A DNA stretch of 64,000 bases from Mayamaea pseudoterrestris (taxonomy: Eukaryota), in NCBI GenBank assembly GCA_027923505.1, contig BROI01000006.1, positions 1,116,001-1,180,000 of the forward strand. Reading direction: 5' to 3'. The notes beneath the pieces are model-generated. The model worked only from the letters and a program-made list of their open reading frames with translations. It had not been told where the DNA came from and ran no database searches. Position numbers and translations under genes: made by a program. Each line of letters begins with the position of its first letter. The first letter of the stretch is position 1. Shown in pieces: positions 48,201-59,596 of this stretch.

Positions 48201-50122
48201 ATCCCTCACAGCCTTGCCAGTCTCCGACTTGGCATTGTCGCTGAGCAGTCCGTTAGGAGCGCCCACTTCGCGGATAAAATCCTCTAACGCGTTTGACATT
48301 TCGCTCTCCGACTTCATCGGGTAGCCGCGCGTGTAAAAACTTTCTCGTCCAACAAAGAGCTGCATCTTAGTAGCTCCCCCATGCCCTAGAATTCCATCAT
48401 CCAAAGCTGGCGTGTCAGAGTGTATCGTGTCCGTGGCGAATAGTTCGCGCAACCGCTGAACGTTCGCGGCCGGAAATCGTGATTTCGTGAGGTGTCGAAA
48501 TGGTAATCGCGGGTGTGCGCTGAGATGATACCATGCTTCCGTGTGACGTAAAGTCTGTTGAACGCGCTCAGTCGGGACCCATCCGAGGTACGGCCGAAGA
48601 GCATTATAGTCCGGTTCCTTGCTTCTTAGCTTCCGCAAATTAACGCGTGAAAACTGAGCGTGTCGCACGCACCGATTGATCAGTACGTCAAGTTCGTCGC
48701 CAGTGCGTGTCGGCGTGTGACGATTGCGGTGCGTGATACCGTCATCATCGAATCGTTCGTCGAAAGATCCATAATCATGATCTCGTTCGTCGAAATCGTC
48801 GTGCGCGTGCTCGACATCGTAAACAGTCGAGTCCCACGGCACGTCCGACGTCATGATGACAGTCGGATACTTATCCAAATCATCGAACGTGGGTTTCGTC
48901 ACGTCCAAGTACACCAGGCCATCGCGAATTGCCAATGGCAAAACGTAGCCTCCAATGTTCGTCGTAATTCGTTGCGTTCCGCCAAACATGGTCGGAATAT
49001 CGTCGACGCGATGTCCCATTGCGCGCAATTGATTCGGGCAATGAATCGTCGGTCCGTCTCGCTTTAAAGCATACTGGTGACACAGAAGCAGAATGGTTTC
49101 GCCACTAAGGGTCTTTGCCAGTCCAGCTGCAGTGCCAATCTTGAGAGCTGGGACAATATGATCGTCAATACCAGTCACATCCACCTCGGCGTTCGTTTCC
49201 GAAACGACGAGCATGTCTCCTCCGCATAAGCCTCCGTTCGCGCCGCTGTCGATGAGCGCGCCTTCGTTGATCCGCTCGTAGTGTGCGCGATTGACGCGCA
49301 TACGACGATGCATGTTGAAGCTGAATGTACCTCGTCCGGTGTTATCAGTCGTCAACGATCCTGTCACTTGCTGAGTTGTAGTACTCGCATTGTTCGCTTG
49401 CAGAACCGATCGTGCAGCCGTTTGGACTGACATTCCACTATTGCCGGGCTGAATATTAATCGTGCCAGGAACGCTTGCGTGATCGTTCGCTACAGATTCC
49501 GTCGCGTGACGCTCTTGATGCGCCGCGTTGACTTGCGTCTGCGTCGTAGCCGTGCCTCGTTGGTTGCGCGGTCGCCATCCGTTTTCGGGTGTCTTGGGCG
49601 CCGTCGCACGCTTGTCCTTCAACTGCTTTCGCTGATCAAACTTCATCTCCAACCAGACTTCATCCTTCACGCTCGCGTGAGGTTTCTTCATGATCGCTGC
49701 AAATCGTTCCGCCGATAAGCCGCTTGGAGTCGCGCCGCCATTGCCGCCGCCGCCTCCTTTCGTTCCACTAGACTGCGCTTGATTGATTGTGCGCTTAGTC
49801 TTCGTCGTCGATGGGTGTTTCTTGTCATACTTGATGCAGCACTCTTCTAAGTGCGCGTACAACTGCGCGAAATTGTCTTCCGAGTCGTGTTGCCCCATGT
49901 GTTTCTTGATGGCAATCATTCCGTCAAAACCTGCTAGTGATGCGCTGAATCCTGTGTGCTCGGAGAAAGCGTCGCGTAGCATGTCGTATCGTTGTAAACC
50001 TGTCAGAGCTTCTGCGTCCATTTCGAGCAGCCAGATGACTTTCTTGTAGAACAGTGCGAGAAATTCGATCGTCGGCCGTGACCACTTCTCGGTCAGCCGC
50101 ATTCCCTGCAGTTCCGTTCGCG
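45294..50122 (-). CDS. pol: Copia polyprotein copy 1 (C-terminal gag, protease, integrase, chromo-like segment, RT, RNase H), out of frame with the gag N-terminus
   Basis: ALIDSGANG, SDNAKSE...NPCE, ADVGNAYL, KALYGL, YVDDL, TYGSEF and NPADVLTK motifs. Confidence 0.92.
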
Positions 50123-51084
50123 CGTTCCTTCTCGATGTGAGCAGTAGCGCCTTCTTCGTATCGCGTTCGCAATCGTTGGTAGACTTCGCGTCCGTCCATC
50201 GTCTTCTTGAACTGCTGTACTGCGAGTGATGCAGACGGAGTTCGACAGTGCGTGAGAAAGATCCTGTATACAAACACATTCTTCTTTGCATACGCCTTCT
50301 GTTCTTTCGGTCCCTTTTCCTTCGGGTCATAATCGTCGTCAAAGACTTCGTGGAAGTCATGCAATGTAGCGATGACTTTCAACTCGGAAATCCACTGTTT
50401 CCACGAGGAATCCAGCTTCATTTCTTTACAATCCCTCGCCGAGAACTTGATAGACTTCGTAAATTGGTCTGAATACTTCTCGTCGTCTTCGTCGTCGCCG
50501 AGGTCCAGTACGGATGTCGGTGACTGCTTCGTGTCCACGTCCACACTCGTCGGTGGCACCTTGTCGGCCGAGTCAGGCTTCGACTCGTTGCCTTCGTTCG
50601 TTAGCGTGGAGTCCTTGGATTCGTCCTTCTTGGATTCCGTTTCGCTTTCCTTCGCTGGAGGTTTCGCTCCGCTTCCGCTGCCCACGCTCGCAATGTTGCG
50701 CGCTTGGACTCGTTCCTTCGCTCGTGCTGTGACGAACGTCGCCAGCGTTTCGGTGGTCAGTTGCGACCATGTCTTGATGTCCGGCGACTCTTGCGCCAAA
50801 TACCATTCGATCGCGTTCGTGATCGTGCGTTGTTTCATCTTCGTTAGCGAGTGTTCGCTCGTTTCCTGCGTGACATTGTCGCCATCGTCAGTCGTCGTCG
50901 TTGTCGTCGTCGTGACGTTCCACTTCGTCGCGAAATCGTCGTACTCCATCTCGATCAGTTGCGTAAGCGATTCTACTCCGAGTTCGTCGAATAACTCCTT
51001 GAACTGAGGATCTTGGAAAACGCCTACGTTCTCTTCGTAAACATGCGCAAACGCCGCGTCTTTCTGCGCGCGAGTTTCCGCCAT
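49924..51084 (-). CDS. gag: Copia gag N-terminal part, copy 1 (frame breaks near 50120)
   Basis: ATG at 51084 (MAETRAQK); WKQWISELKVIATLHDFHEVFDDDY...DGREVYQRLRTRY is gag-like. Confidence 0.8.
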   Translation of the reverse strand: MAETRAQKDAAFAHVYEENVGVFQDPQFKELFDELGVESLTQLIEMEYDDFATKWNVTTTTTTTTDDGDNVTQETSEHSLTKMKQRTITNAIEWYLAQESPDIKTWSQLTTETLATFVTARAKERVQARNIASVGSGSGAKPPAKESETESKKDESKDSTLTNEGNESKPDSADKVPPTSVDVDTKQSPTSVLDLGDDEDDEKYSDQFTKSIKFSARDCKEMKLDSSWKQWISELKVIATLHDFHEVFDDDYDPKEKGPKEQKAYAKKNVFVYRIFLTHCRTPSASLAVQQFKKTMDGREVYQRLRTRYEEGATAHIEKERANGTAGNAADREVVTADDRISRTVLQESHLAARNGRRSSDRFTTIRHATRRFLRAHRIQRITSRF

Positions 51085-51876
51085 CGTTGTCGTCGTGACA
51101 ATGTTCTTGCTATCACCTGCGGAACTTTCCGGGCCAAGAACCAACGTGCGTCCACGTTACTTCGTAAATCAATAGTACTCTTCGTCGATAAAGTCTCTAT
51201 GCCGAGGCAATGAGTCTCAAGACAGTGTTAATCTTGTAACTTGTAAATCAAATCGTTGCACCTTTCGCTTGTAGCTGTCCTTGGATGGCCAATCCAAGCT
51301 TGCAGTTGCTACAATACGAGAGACGAATAAATCGCTTTCTTAACTCTTCAAGCTTAGTAAGTCTGCTTGTTTCTACTCTATATCGCACTAGTTTCAGCAA
51401 TATACTTGTTGAATCGCTTCGAAGCCGTCGCTGCCACGCATCACGCGATCGTGAGGCTGTGGTGAGCCGCGAGTGCCGCTGTGTCACCCTATCGGACATT
51501 CGGTGTGACTTGCCCGATTTTCGCTGTTTTCGTTCGCATCCTGCAATTGTAACTTGTAAATCAAATCGTTGCACCTTTCGCTTGTAGCTGTCCTTGGATG
51601 GCCAATCCAAGCTTGCAGTTGCTACAATACGAGAGACGAATAAATCGCTTTCTTAACTCTTCAAGCTTAGTAAGTCTGCTTGTTTCTACTCTATATCGCA
51701 CTAGTTTCAGCAATATACTCGTTGAATCGCTTCGAAGCCGTCGCTGCCACGCATCACGCGATCGTGAGGCTGTGGTGAGCCGCGAGTGCCGCTGTGTCAC
51801 CCTATCGGACATTCGGTGTGACTTGCCCGATTTTCGCTGTTTTCGTTCGCATCCTGCAACTCCCCTCAAGTCATAC

Positions 51877-54800
51877 CTAATAGTTAGATTCCTTGAAGAG
51901 CAGGTTCTTTAAGTGCTTGCTTGCCGTAGCCCGTGGAAGAAACTTGGTAAGTACATCCGCCGGGTTTGTCGTTCCCATGATGTGGTTGAAATTAATAATT
52001 CCCGCCGCAATCGCTTCGCGTACACGGTGAAATGCCAGTGCATTGTGTCGCTTCGTCAGACTAGAGTGCGGTAGGTTGCTGCTTTGCGTTACCGACTTGT
52101 TGTCTCCAAACATCCATGAAGGTCCGTCGAGCGGAACTCCCAACATGCGTAGCGTGAAGCGAAGATCCATGATCTGCTCCGTGCTCACTCTCGCTGCTAC
52201 AAACTCCGAGCCGTACGTCGCCGTCTCGACCGTCGCTTGGCGTTTCGAAAACCAATCAACGACTGTTCCATTCAACATGTGTAGCATGCCCATCGCTGCC
52301 CGTCCCGTCGTGTAATCGTGGTACAGGTTCGCATCTTCGAACGTTGACATTCGCACCGCCTTGCCGCGCGGCGTGGGCATGTTCCACGGAAGCTCTTCGC
52401 AGATCTTGCCGTACACACTGTAATCCCAATCCATCTTGTCAACTGTCGCGTATCGCTCGTCCGTTGGAATCGAAACGTTGAATCGAATCGCTCCATCCGG
52501 GTATCTTCGTAAGTATCCGCAAATATGCTTCAACCGTTCCAAGTGCCCCGCTCGTGGCGCAGCTCGGAATCTCCCCATAGTCATGACAGCACAGTGAATG
52601 TCGAATCGACATAAACTTACTGCCCATTGCAACGCACCAATTATCGATTGATACTTCGCAATTCCGTCGTCGTCAAGTTCTTTCGTTTCGTCGAGTTCCG
52701 GATGATCGCCGTCGCGTAGTGGACTTGTCTGCGGTCGCGGTTCCTCGCCGAACATTTCTTTGTAGTTCGCTAGTAGTCTTGTGACGTACTTCTTCGCTCC
52801 GAAGCAGAGTACGCCGTCGTCGTCTCGCCAAACGTCTGCGCCCAAATGATATGCCAATGGACCGACGCCCTTCAACTTGTAGTTGTAGTTCTCAATTAAA
52901 AGATCCGTTAGTTCCTTCGGATTCTTCATCGCTATCGCTAAATCGTCGACATACACACAAACGTATTCGTAGTGCGTGCCTTTATCGCGCATCCACACGT
53001 CCGGTTCTGCGATACACGGCATGAAGCCAATGTCGCGGAGCGTGTCTGCAAAGTGCTCGTGCCAGCGTGCGCCTGACGTGCGAAGACCGTATAATGCCTT
53101 CACGATCGTGAGCGTGTGACCCTCGAGCTCCCCGAACTCCGGACCTGCCACGATATAAACCTTCTCTTTCGTTTTCGCTTCCAAGTATGCGTTGCCGACG
53201 TCAGCTGCCCACAGTTCCAGACCGTTGAGTTCCGCTAACATCGCTACCATTCGTAGACTTCGCAATGACACAACGCCCGAGTAAACTGAATCCTTCGGCG
53301 GCTCTGTCATATGTCCTCCTGCAACGAGTCGTGCTTTCCGTCGCAAATCGTGCTTGACATCGAATATCATGTGCACGTTTATTCGTTTCCACGGCGCCGG
53401 CATAACCTTACCGACTCCTTGATCTGCGAACGTGTCGTAATCATTTATCTGATTTAATTCCGTTCGAATCGCATCCGTCCACAGCGTGTTGCCGTTGATC
53501 TCGTCGAGAGCTTTCGCATCTTTATAATTGCGCGGCAACCTTACGCCGAATTTGTAGCGTACGCCGTTTGCTTTCGATTTTCGTTTCGCCGCTGTTACCA
53601 TCTGTCGAAACTTCTTTCGCTTCCGAGTGTAATGCTCCAGCTGCTTCCATCCTGGCTTGTCGAGTAAGCCGTGCTTGAGTCCATACTCTGCGATCGTTAT
53701 CGGATCGTCCTTCTTCATGATCGCGAGAGGCTCCCACGTCGTCGTTCCGTCAGTCCATTCGACGAGAACGTTACTTGAACTTCCTTTGTATGTCGGATCG
53801 TTCGGTTTCAAATTAAGCTCGTGTCCGATTACCTTCGTGAATACCCACTGAGTCGCCGGATCGTTTCGTATATCTTCGTCCATCTGTCGTTCGATTAAAT
53901 CCGACAGTTCGTTGTAACTTATTAAGTCTTTCGCTGGCTCCTCTCCCATTTGGATTAGGAAACCTTTCGTCGTTTCGAGTAGCTCGTTATCGCGTACTTC
54001 GATATATTCGCATACAGTCGCTCGCATTTTCTGACCGTTTTCGTGTTCCCTTACGAACGTGCGTCCGATGAGTTCGCTTGGAGAGAACAGAGGGCATTTA
54101 TTCCCTGATTCTTGCTCAGCCCTTCTGAAGAACTTCGCTGGTACGTTGGCGTGGTTCGCCATCGGAATTGTTTCGTCGTCGTTTCCTTCGTAGTTGTCGT
54201 GACTACTTTCTGTCACATGCGTGCTATGGTAGCGTCCTGTCGCGAGATCTGGAGTTTCAAAATTTCGCTCGCTTGCGCGTGTAGCTTCTTCAGAAATCTC
54301 CCCTCCAGACTCAGGGAAGGAAGGCAACTCTCGTGGTAACAAGTAGCTGCGCGAGACCACGTTGGAGCGCGGAATCGCCTGAAGCGTGTCGTCCGTCAGA
54401 ACGAGAAAAGTCATGTGCGGACCGCTATTCTCTGCGATGCCCACGAATCGGCCGTTGCCAGATCGTACCGCCGAGGGAAAGCTCCCCTGCGCCTCAAACG
54501 TGACCGGTTCCCACCACTTGAAATGTAACAAAGGCGAAATATCCGGCAGATTTCCGAACGCAACTTCCGTTGGCGTGCGCCATCCCAGCGATTTCGTCGC
54601 GAGGACGTTCAGTATCATGATTACGAATTTAATCAGCAAAACCCAGCAATGGCCTGGCGAACCCGAATCTCGTTGGAGGTTCTCCATCATTGGCTTAATG
54701 TGCGACGTGTGACGTTCGCATGGATTTTGTTCTGGATGACCCGGTTCTGTGGTCACTTGAGGAATATTGTACATCCGACAGAGATCCCTCACAGCCTTGC

Positions 54801-56705
54801 CAGTCTCCGACTTGGCATTGTCGCTGAGCAGTCCGTTAGGAGCGCCCACTTCGCGGATAAAATCCTCTAACGCGTTTGACATTTCGCTCTCCGACTTCAT
54901 CGGGTAGCCGCGCGTGTAAAAACTTTCTCGTCCAACAAAGAGCTGCATCTTAGTAGCTCCCCCATGCCCTAGAATTCCATCATCCAAAGCTGGCGTGTCA
55001 GAGTGTATCGTGTCCGTGGCGAATAGTTCGCGCAACCGCTGAACGTTCGCGGCCGGAAATCGTGATTTCGTGAGGTGTCGAAATGGTAATCGCGGGTGTG
55101 CGCTGAGATGATACCATGCTTCCGTGTGACGTAAAGTCTGTTGAACGCGCTCAGTCGGGACCCATCCGAGGTACGGCCGAAGAGCATTATAGTCCGGTTC
55201 CTTGCTTCTTAGCTTCCGCAAATTAACGCGTGAAAACTGAGCGTGTCGCACGCACCGATTGATCAGTACGTCAAGTTCGTCGCCAGTGCGTGTCGGCGTG
55301 TGACGATTGCGGTGCGTGATACCGTCATCATCGAATCGTTCGTCGAAAGATCCATAATCATGATCTCGTTCGTCGAAATCGTCGTGCGCGTGCTCGACAT
55401 CGTAAACAGTCGAGTCCCACGGCACGTCCGACGTCATGATGACAGTCGGATACTTATCCAAATCATCGAACGTGGGTTTCGTCACGTCCAAGTACACCAG
55501 GCCATCGCGAATTGCCAATGGCAAAACGTAGCCTCCAATGTTCGTCGTAATTCGTTGCGTTCCGCCAAACATGGTCGGAATATCGTCGACGCGATGTCCC
55601 ATTGCGCGCAATTGATTCGGGCAATGAATCGTCGGTCCGTCTCGCTTTAAAGCATACTGGTGACACAGAAGCAGAATGGTTTCGCCACTAAGGGTCTTTG
55701 CCAGTCCAGCTGCAGTGCCAATCTTGAGAGCTGGGACAATATGATCGTCAATACCAGTCACATCCACCTCGGCGTTCGTTTCCGAAACGACGAGCATGTC
55801 TCCTCCGCATAAGCCTCCGTTCGCGCCGCTGTCGATGAGCGCGCCTTCGTTGATCCGCTCGTAGTGTGCGCGATTGACGCGCATACGACGATGCATGTTG
55901 AAGCTGAATGTACCTCGTCCGGTGTTATCAGTCGTCAACGATCCTGTCACTTGCTGAGTTGTAGTACTCGCATTGTTCGCTTGCAGAACCGATCGTGCAG
56001 CCGTTTGGACTGACATTCCACTATTGCCGGGCTGAATATTAATCGTGCCAGGAACGCTTGCGTGATCGTTCGCTACAGATTCCGTCGCGTGACGCTCTTG
56101 ATGCGCCGCGTTGACTTGCGTCTGCGTCGTAGCCGTGCCTCGTTGGTTGCGCGGTCGCCATCCGTTTTCGGGTGTCTTGGGCGCCGTCGCACGCTTGTCC
56201 TTCAACTGCTTTCGCTGATCAAACTTCATCTCCAACCAGACTTCATCCTTCACGCTCGCGTGAGGTTTCTTCATGATCGCTGCAAATCGTTCCGCCGATA
56301 AGCCGCTTGGAGTCGCGCCGCCATTGCCGCCGCCGCCTCCTTTCGTTCCACTAGACTGCGCTTGATTGATTGTGCGCTTAGTCTTCGTCGTCGATGGGTG
56401 TTTCTTGTCATACTTGATGCAGCACTCTTCTAAGTGCGCGTACAACTGCGCGAAATTGTCTTCCGAGTCGTGTTGCCCCATGTGTTTCTTGATGGCAATC
56501 ATTCCGTCAAAACCTGCTAGTGATGCGCTGAATCCTGTGTGCTCGGAGAAAGCGTCGCGTAGCATGTCGTATCGTTGTAAACCTGTCAGAGCTTCTGCGT
56601 CCATTTCGAGCAGCCAGATGACTTTCTTGTAGAACAGTGCGAGAAATTCGATCGTCGGCCGTGACCACTTCTCGGTCAGCCGCATTCCCTGCAGTTCCGT
56701 TCGCG
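51877..56705 (-). CDS. pol: Copia polyprotein copy 2
   Basis: Translation identical to copy 1. Confidence 0.9.
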
Positions 56706-57667
56706 CGTTCCTTCTCGATGTGAGCAGTAGCGCCTTCTTCGTATCGCGTTCGCAATCGTTGGTAGACTTCGCGTCCGTCCATCGTCTTCTTGAACTGCTG
56801 TACTGCGAGTGATGCAGACGGAGTTCGACAGTGCGTGAGAAAGATCCTGTATACAAACACATTCTTCTTTGCATACGCCTTCTGTTCTTTCGGTCCCTTT
56901 TCCTTCGGGTCATAATCGTCGTCAAAGACTTCGTGGAAGTCATGCAATGTAGCGATGACTTTCAACTCGGAAATCCACTGTTTCCACGAGGAATCCAGCT
57001 TCATTTCTTTACAATCCCTCGCCGAGAACTTGATAGACTTCGTAAATTGGTCTGAATACTTCTCGTCGTCTTCGTCGTCGCCGAGGTCCAGTACGGATGT
57101 CGGTGACTGCTTCGTGTCCACGTCCACACTCGTCGGTGGCACCTTGTCGGCCGAGTCAGGCTTCGACTCGTTGCCTTCGTTCGTTAGCGTGGAGTCCTTG
57201 GATTCGTCCTTCTTGGATTCCGTTTCGCTTTCCTTCGCTGGAGGTTTCGCTCCGCTTCCGCTGCCCACGCTCGCAATGTTGCGCGCTTGGACTCGTTCCT
57301 TCGCTCGTGCTGTGACGAACGTCGCCAGCGTTTCGGTGGTCAGTTGCGACCATGTCTTGATGTCCGGCGACTCTTGCGCCAAATACCATTCGATCGCGTT
57401 CGTGATCGTGCGTTGTTTCATCTTCGTTAGCGAGTGTTCGCTCGTTTCCTGCGTGACATTGTCGCCATCGTCAGTCGTCGTCGTTGTCGTCGTCGTGACG
57501 TTCCACTTCGTCGCGAAATCGTCGTACTCCATCTCGATCAGTTGCGTAAGCGATTCTACTCCGAGTTCGTCGAATAACTCCTTGAACTGAGGATCTTGGA
57601 AAACGCCTACGTTCTCTTCGTAAACATGCGCAAACGCCGCGTCTTTCTGCGCGCGAGTTTCCGCCAT
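56507..57667 (-). CDS. gag: Copia gag N-terminal part, copy 2
   Basis: Translation identical to copy 1, with the same frame break. Confidence 0.8.
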   Translation of the reverse strand: MAETRAQKDAAFAHVYEENVGVFQDPQFKELFDELGVESLTQLIEMEYDDFATKWNVTTTTTTTTDDGDNVTQETSEHSLTKMKQRTITNAIEWYLAQESPDIKTWSQLTTETLATFVTARAKERVQARNIASVGSGSGAKPPAKESETESKKDESKDSTLTNEGNESKPDSADKVPPTSVDVDTKQSPTSVLDLGDDEDDEKYSDQFTKSIKFSARDCKEMKLDSSWKQWISELKVIATLHDFHEVFDDDYDPKEKGPKEQKAYAKKNVFVYRIFLTHCRTPSASLAVQQFKKTMDGREVYQRLRTRYEEGATAHIEKERANGTAGNAADREVVTADDRISRTVLQESHLAARNGRRSSDRFTTIRHATRRFLRAHRIQRITSRF

Positions 57668-58397
57668 CGTTGTCGTCGTGACAATGTTCTTGCTATCACC
57701 TGCGGAACTTTCCGGGCCAAGAACCAACGTGCGTCCACGTTACTTCGTAAATCAATAGTACTCTTCGTCGATAAAGTCTCTATGCCGAGGCAATGAGTCT
57801 CAAGACAGTGTTAATCTTGTAACTTGTAAATCAAATCGTTGCACCTTTCGCTTGTAGCTGTCCTTGGATGGCCAATCCAAGCTTGCAGTTGCTACAATAC
57901 GAGAGACGAATAAATCGCTTTCTTAACTCTTCAAGCTTAGTAAGTCTGCTTGTTTCTACTCTATATCGCACTAGTTTCAGCAATATACTTGTTGAATCGC
58001 TTCGAAGCCGTCGCTGCCACGCATCACGCGATCGTGAGGCTGTGGTGAGCCGCGAGTGCCGCTGTGTCACCCTATCGGACATTCGGTGTGACTTGCCCGA
58101 TTTTCGCTGTTTTCGTTCGCATCCTGCAAAACTTATGGCCCATCATTGACGGCAATCATGATTTGAATGAAATTGGAGTGCTCAGCGGGCAATGCTGATG
58201 ATCCCTGCAGCCAAAACGGGAGCAGGGATGGCACATTCAACCATTGGTTGAATGTGCGCAGTCTCAGGGCATGGTGATGGCTTCCACGTCCAAATGGACA
58301 AGTCTATGAGTCCCAATCAATGTTCAAGTCCATATTGATGGTACTATGGGGTCTGCAGGCCATTTTGGAAGTCTCACTTGCCACCTGAGGTGCACCA

Positions 58398-58546
58398 CTA
58401 GCAGATCCAACAAGTTGTTGGATCTACCAGTCACATTGTCTACTGAGACACCCGACAGGCATACCATCTTGTAGCGCAGCCTGAATAATGATGTTGGCAC
58501 CATTCTGGTGTGATTTGGGTGTATACACGGCATGCTATATGGGCGT
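58398..58546 (-). repeat. Single diverged, inverted copy of the 169-bp satellite unit
   Basis: Minus strand reads cacaccagaatggtgccaacatcattattcaggctgcgctacaagatggtatgcctg...gtgtctcag, matching the satellite. Confidence 0.9.
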
Positions 58547-58813
58547 TCAACAACTTCTTGTTGAATCTGCAGAGTCGCACCAGTACTGACGAAATTGTTT
58601 GTTGTCTGAGAAACTGTATTAGTATCAATGCATAGCTTCGTTTGCGTTGTTTACAGCTTTGAAATAATTGGACCCATGCAGAAATTAAAATTACGGTAGC
58701 CGCATAACTACAACAGCTGTAACGATAATAATGATTTCATAATCTATATAAACTACCGTCGTAAACGCTTTTTTTGAAAGCATACTCACAAACACTTTCA
58801 TTTCGTTGCGCCA

Positions 58814-59596
58814 TTAATGCAAACTATTCTCCTCAATCAACCCCAGTTTGGGACCGTGGTAGGTTGGTCGCACGCGCACACTGGCGCTGCGGTGCATCAA
58901 GCTGCGTCGGTTGCCGGCAGAGAAGTTGTTGTTGGCGGCATCACCTGCATGATGGCAATTGCTGGAATTGCTAGTATTGCTACTGCTCGCCATGATCATG
59001 TCCTTATCTTGGCGCGGACCATCAAAGAGTTTTTGAAAGGCTTGTTTTTGCAGCATCAAGTCGGCATCGTTGTCGTCGTTGTCATCATCATGATCATGGT
59101 GATGCAAGTAGTCGTTACTATTATTATTGCCATGCTCATCCTCGGATCCACCAAAGGTGCTGGTGGAGTTGTCCAGCAAGCACGAGGAGGATGACGAGTC
59201 ATTGTGATCACCGGCATGACTGTAGTAGTTGCTGTTGCTGTGCACCGACGACAGGTCGTTCCAGGTGCGAGTCGCCTCGTGCGCCGATAGACTTGATATC
59301 ATATGACTTGCCACTGCCCTTTGCGTGTAGTGGCTACTGCTGCCGCCGGCAAGGTTGCTGGTGCGGCTGTGGTTGGAGTTGAGGAGCTCGGCCAAGTAAG
59401 GGTCATTGGCAAGATATGCCTCGTCCTCTGCCTCGGAGTGAGTCTCGACGCTTGTATAAGAGCCGTCGTTGCTCTTTGTGGCTGCTCGAGGATTCATGAA
59501 TAAACTGCTGGATGGTTGCTGGCTGGCGCTTTCCGCCATGATGCGGCGATGGTGCGAGGAGGAGGAAAGGTTTTCCATGTCGTCCGTCACTGCCAT
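58814..59596 (-). CDS. Hypothetical low-complexity (Ser/Asn/His/Asp-rich) protein
   Basis: 260-aa ATG-initiated ORF; no recognisable domain. Confidence 0.45.
   Translation of the reverse strand: MAVTDDMENLSSSSHHRRIMAESASQQPSSSLFMNPRAATKSNDGSYTSVETHSEAEDEAYLANDPYLAELLNSNHSRTSNLAGGSSSHYTQRAVASHMISSLSAHEATRTWNDLSSVHSNSNYYSHAGDHNDSSSSSCLLDNSTSTFGGSEDEHGNNNSNDYLHHHDHDDDNDDNDADLMLQKQAFQKLFDGPRQDKDMIMASSSNTSNSSNCHHAGDAANNNFSAGNRRSLMHRSASVRVRPTYHGPKLGLIEENSLH

Larger units (their letters stand above)
44965..51545 (-). mobile_element. Ty1/copia (CoDi-like) LTR retrotransposon, copy 1; LTRs 44965-45275 and 51235-51545
   Basis: 311-bp TG...CA LTRs, polypurine tract (gaggggagt) next to the 3' LTR, and PR-IN-RT-RH domain order. 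Confidence 0.97.
51548..58128 (-). mobile_element. Ty1/copia LTR retrotransposon, copy 2, head-to-tail with copy 1; LTRs 51548-51858 and 57818-58128
   Basis: All ORFs recur at an offset of exactly 6583 bp with identical translations. Confidence 0.95.

Noticed and set aside
50123..50360. First ~80 aa of the 1688-aa pol ORF as real protein
   Set aside because: It overlaps the gag frame, which carries the gag-like motifs; it is an off-frame extension upstream of the frameshift.
43320..58690. Terminal inverted repeats enclosing the whole repeat island
   Set aside because: Only a ~10-bp imperfect match (tgcatggggtc versus gacccatgca) and no TSD.
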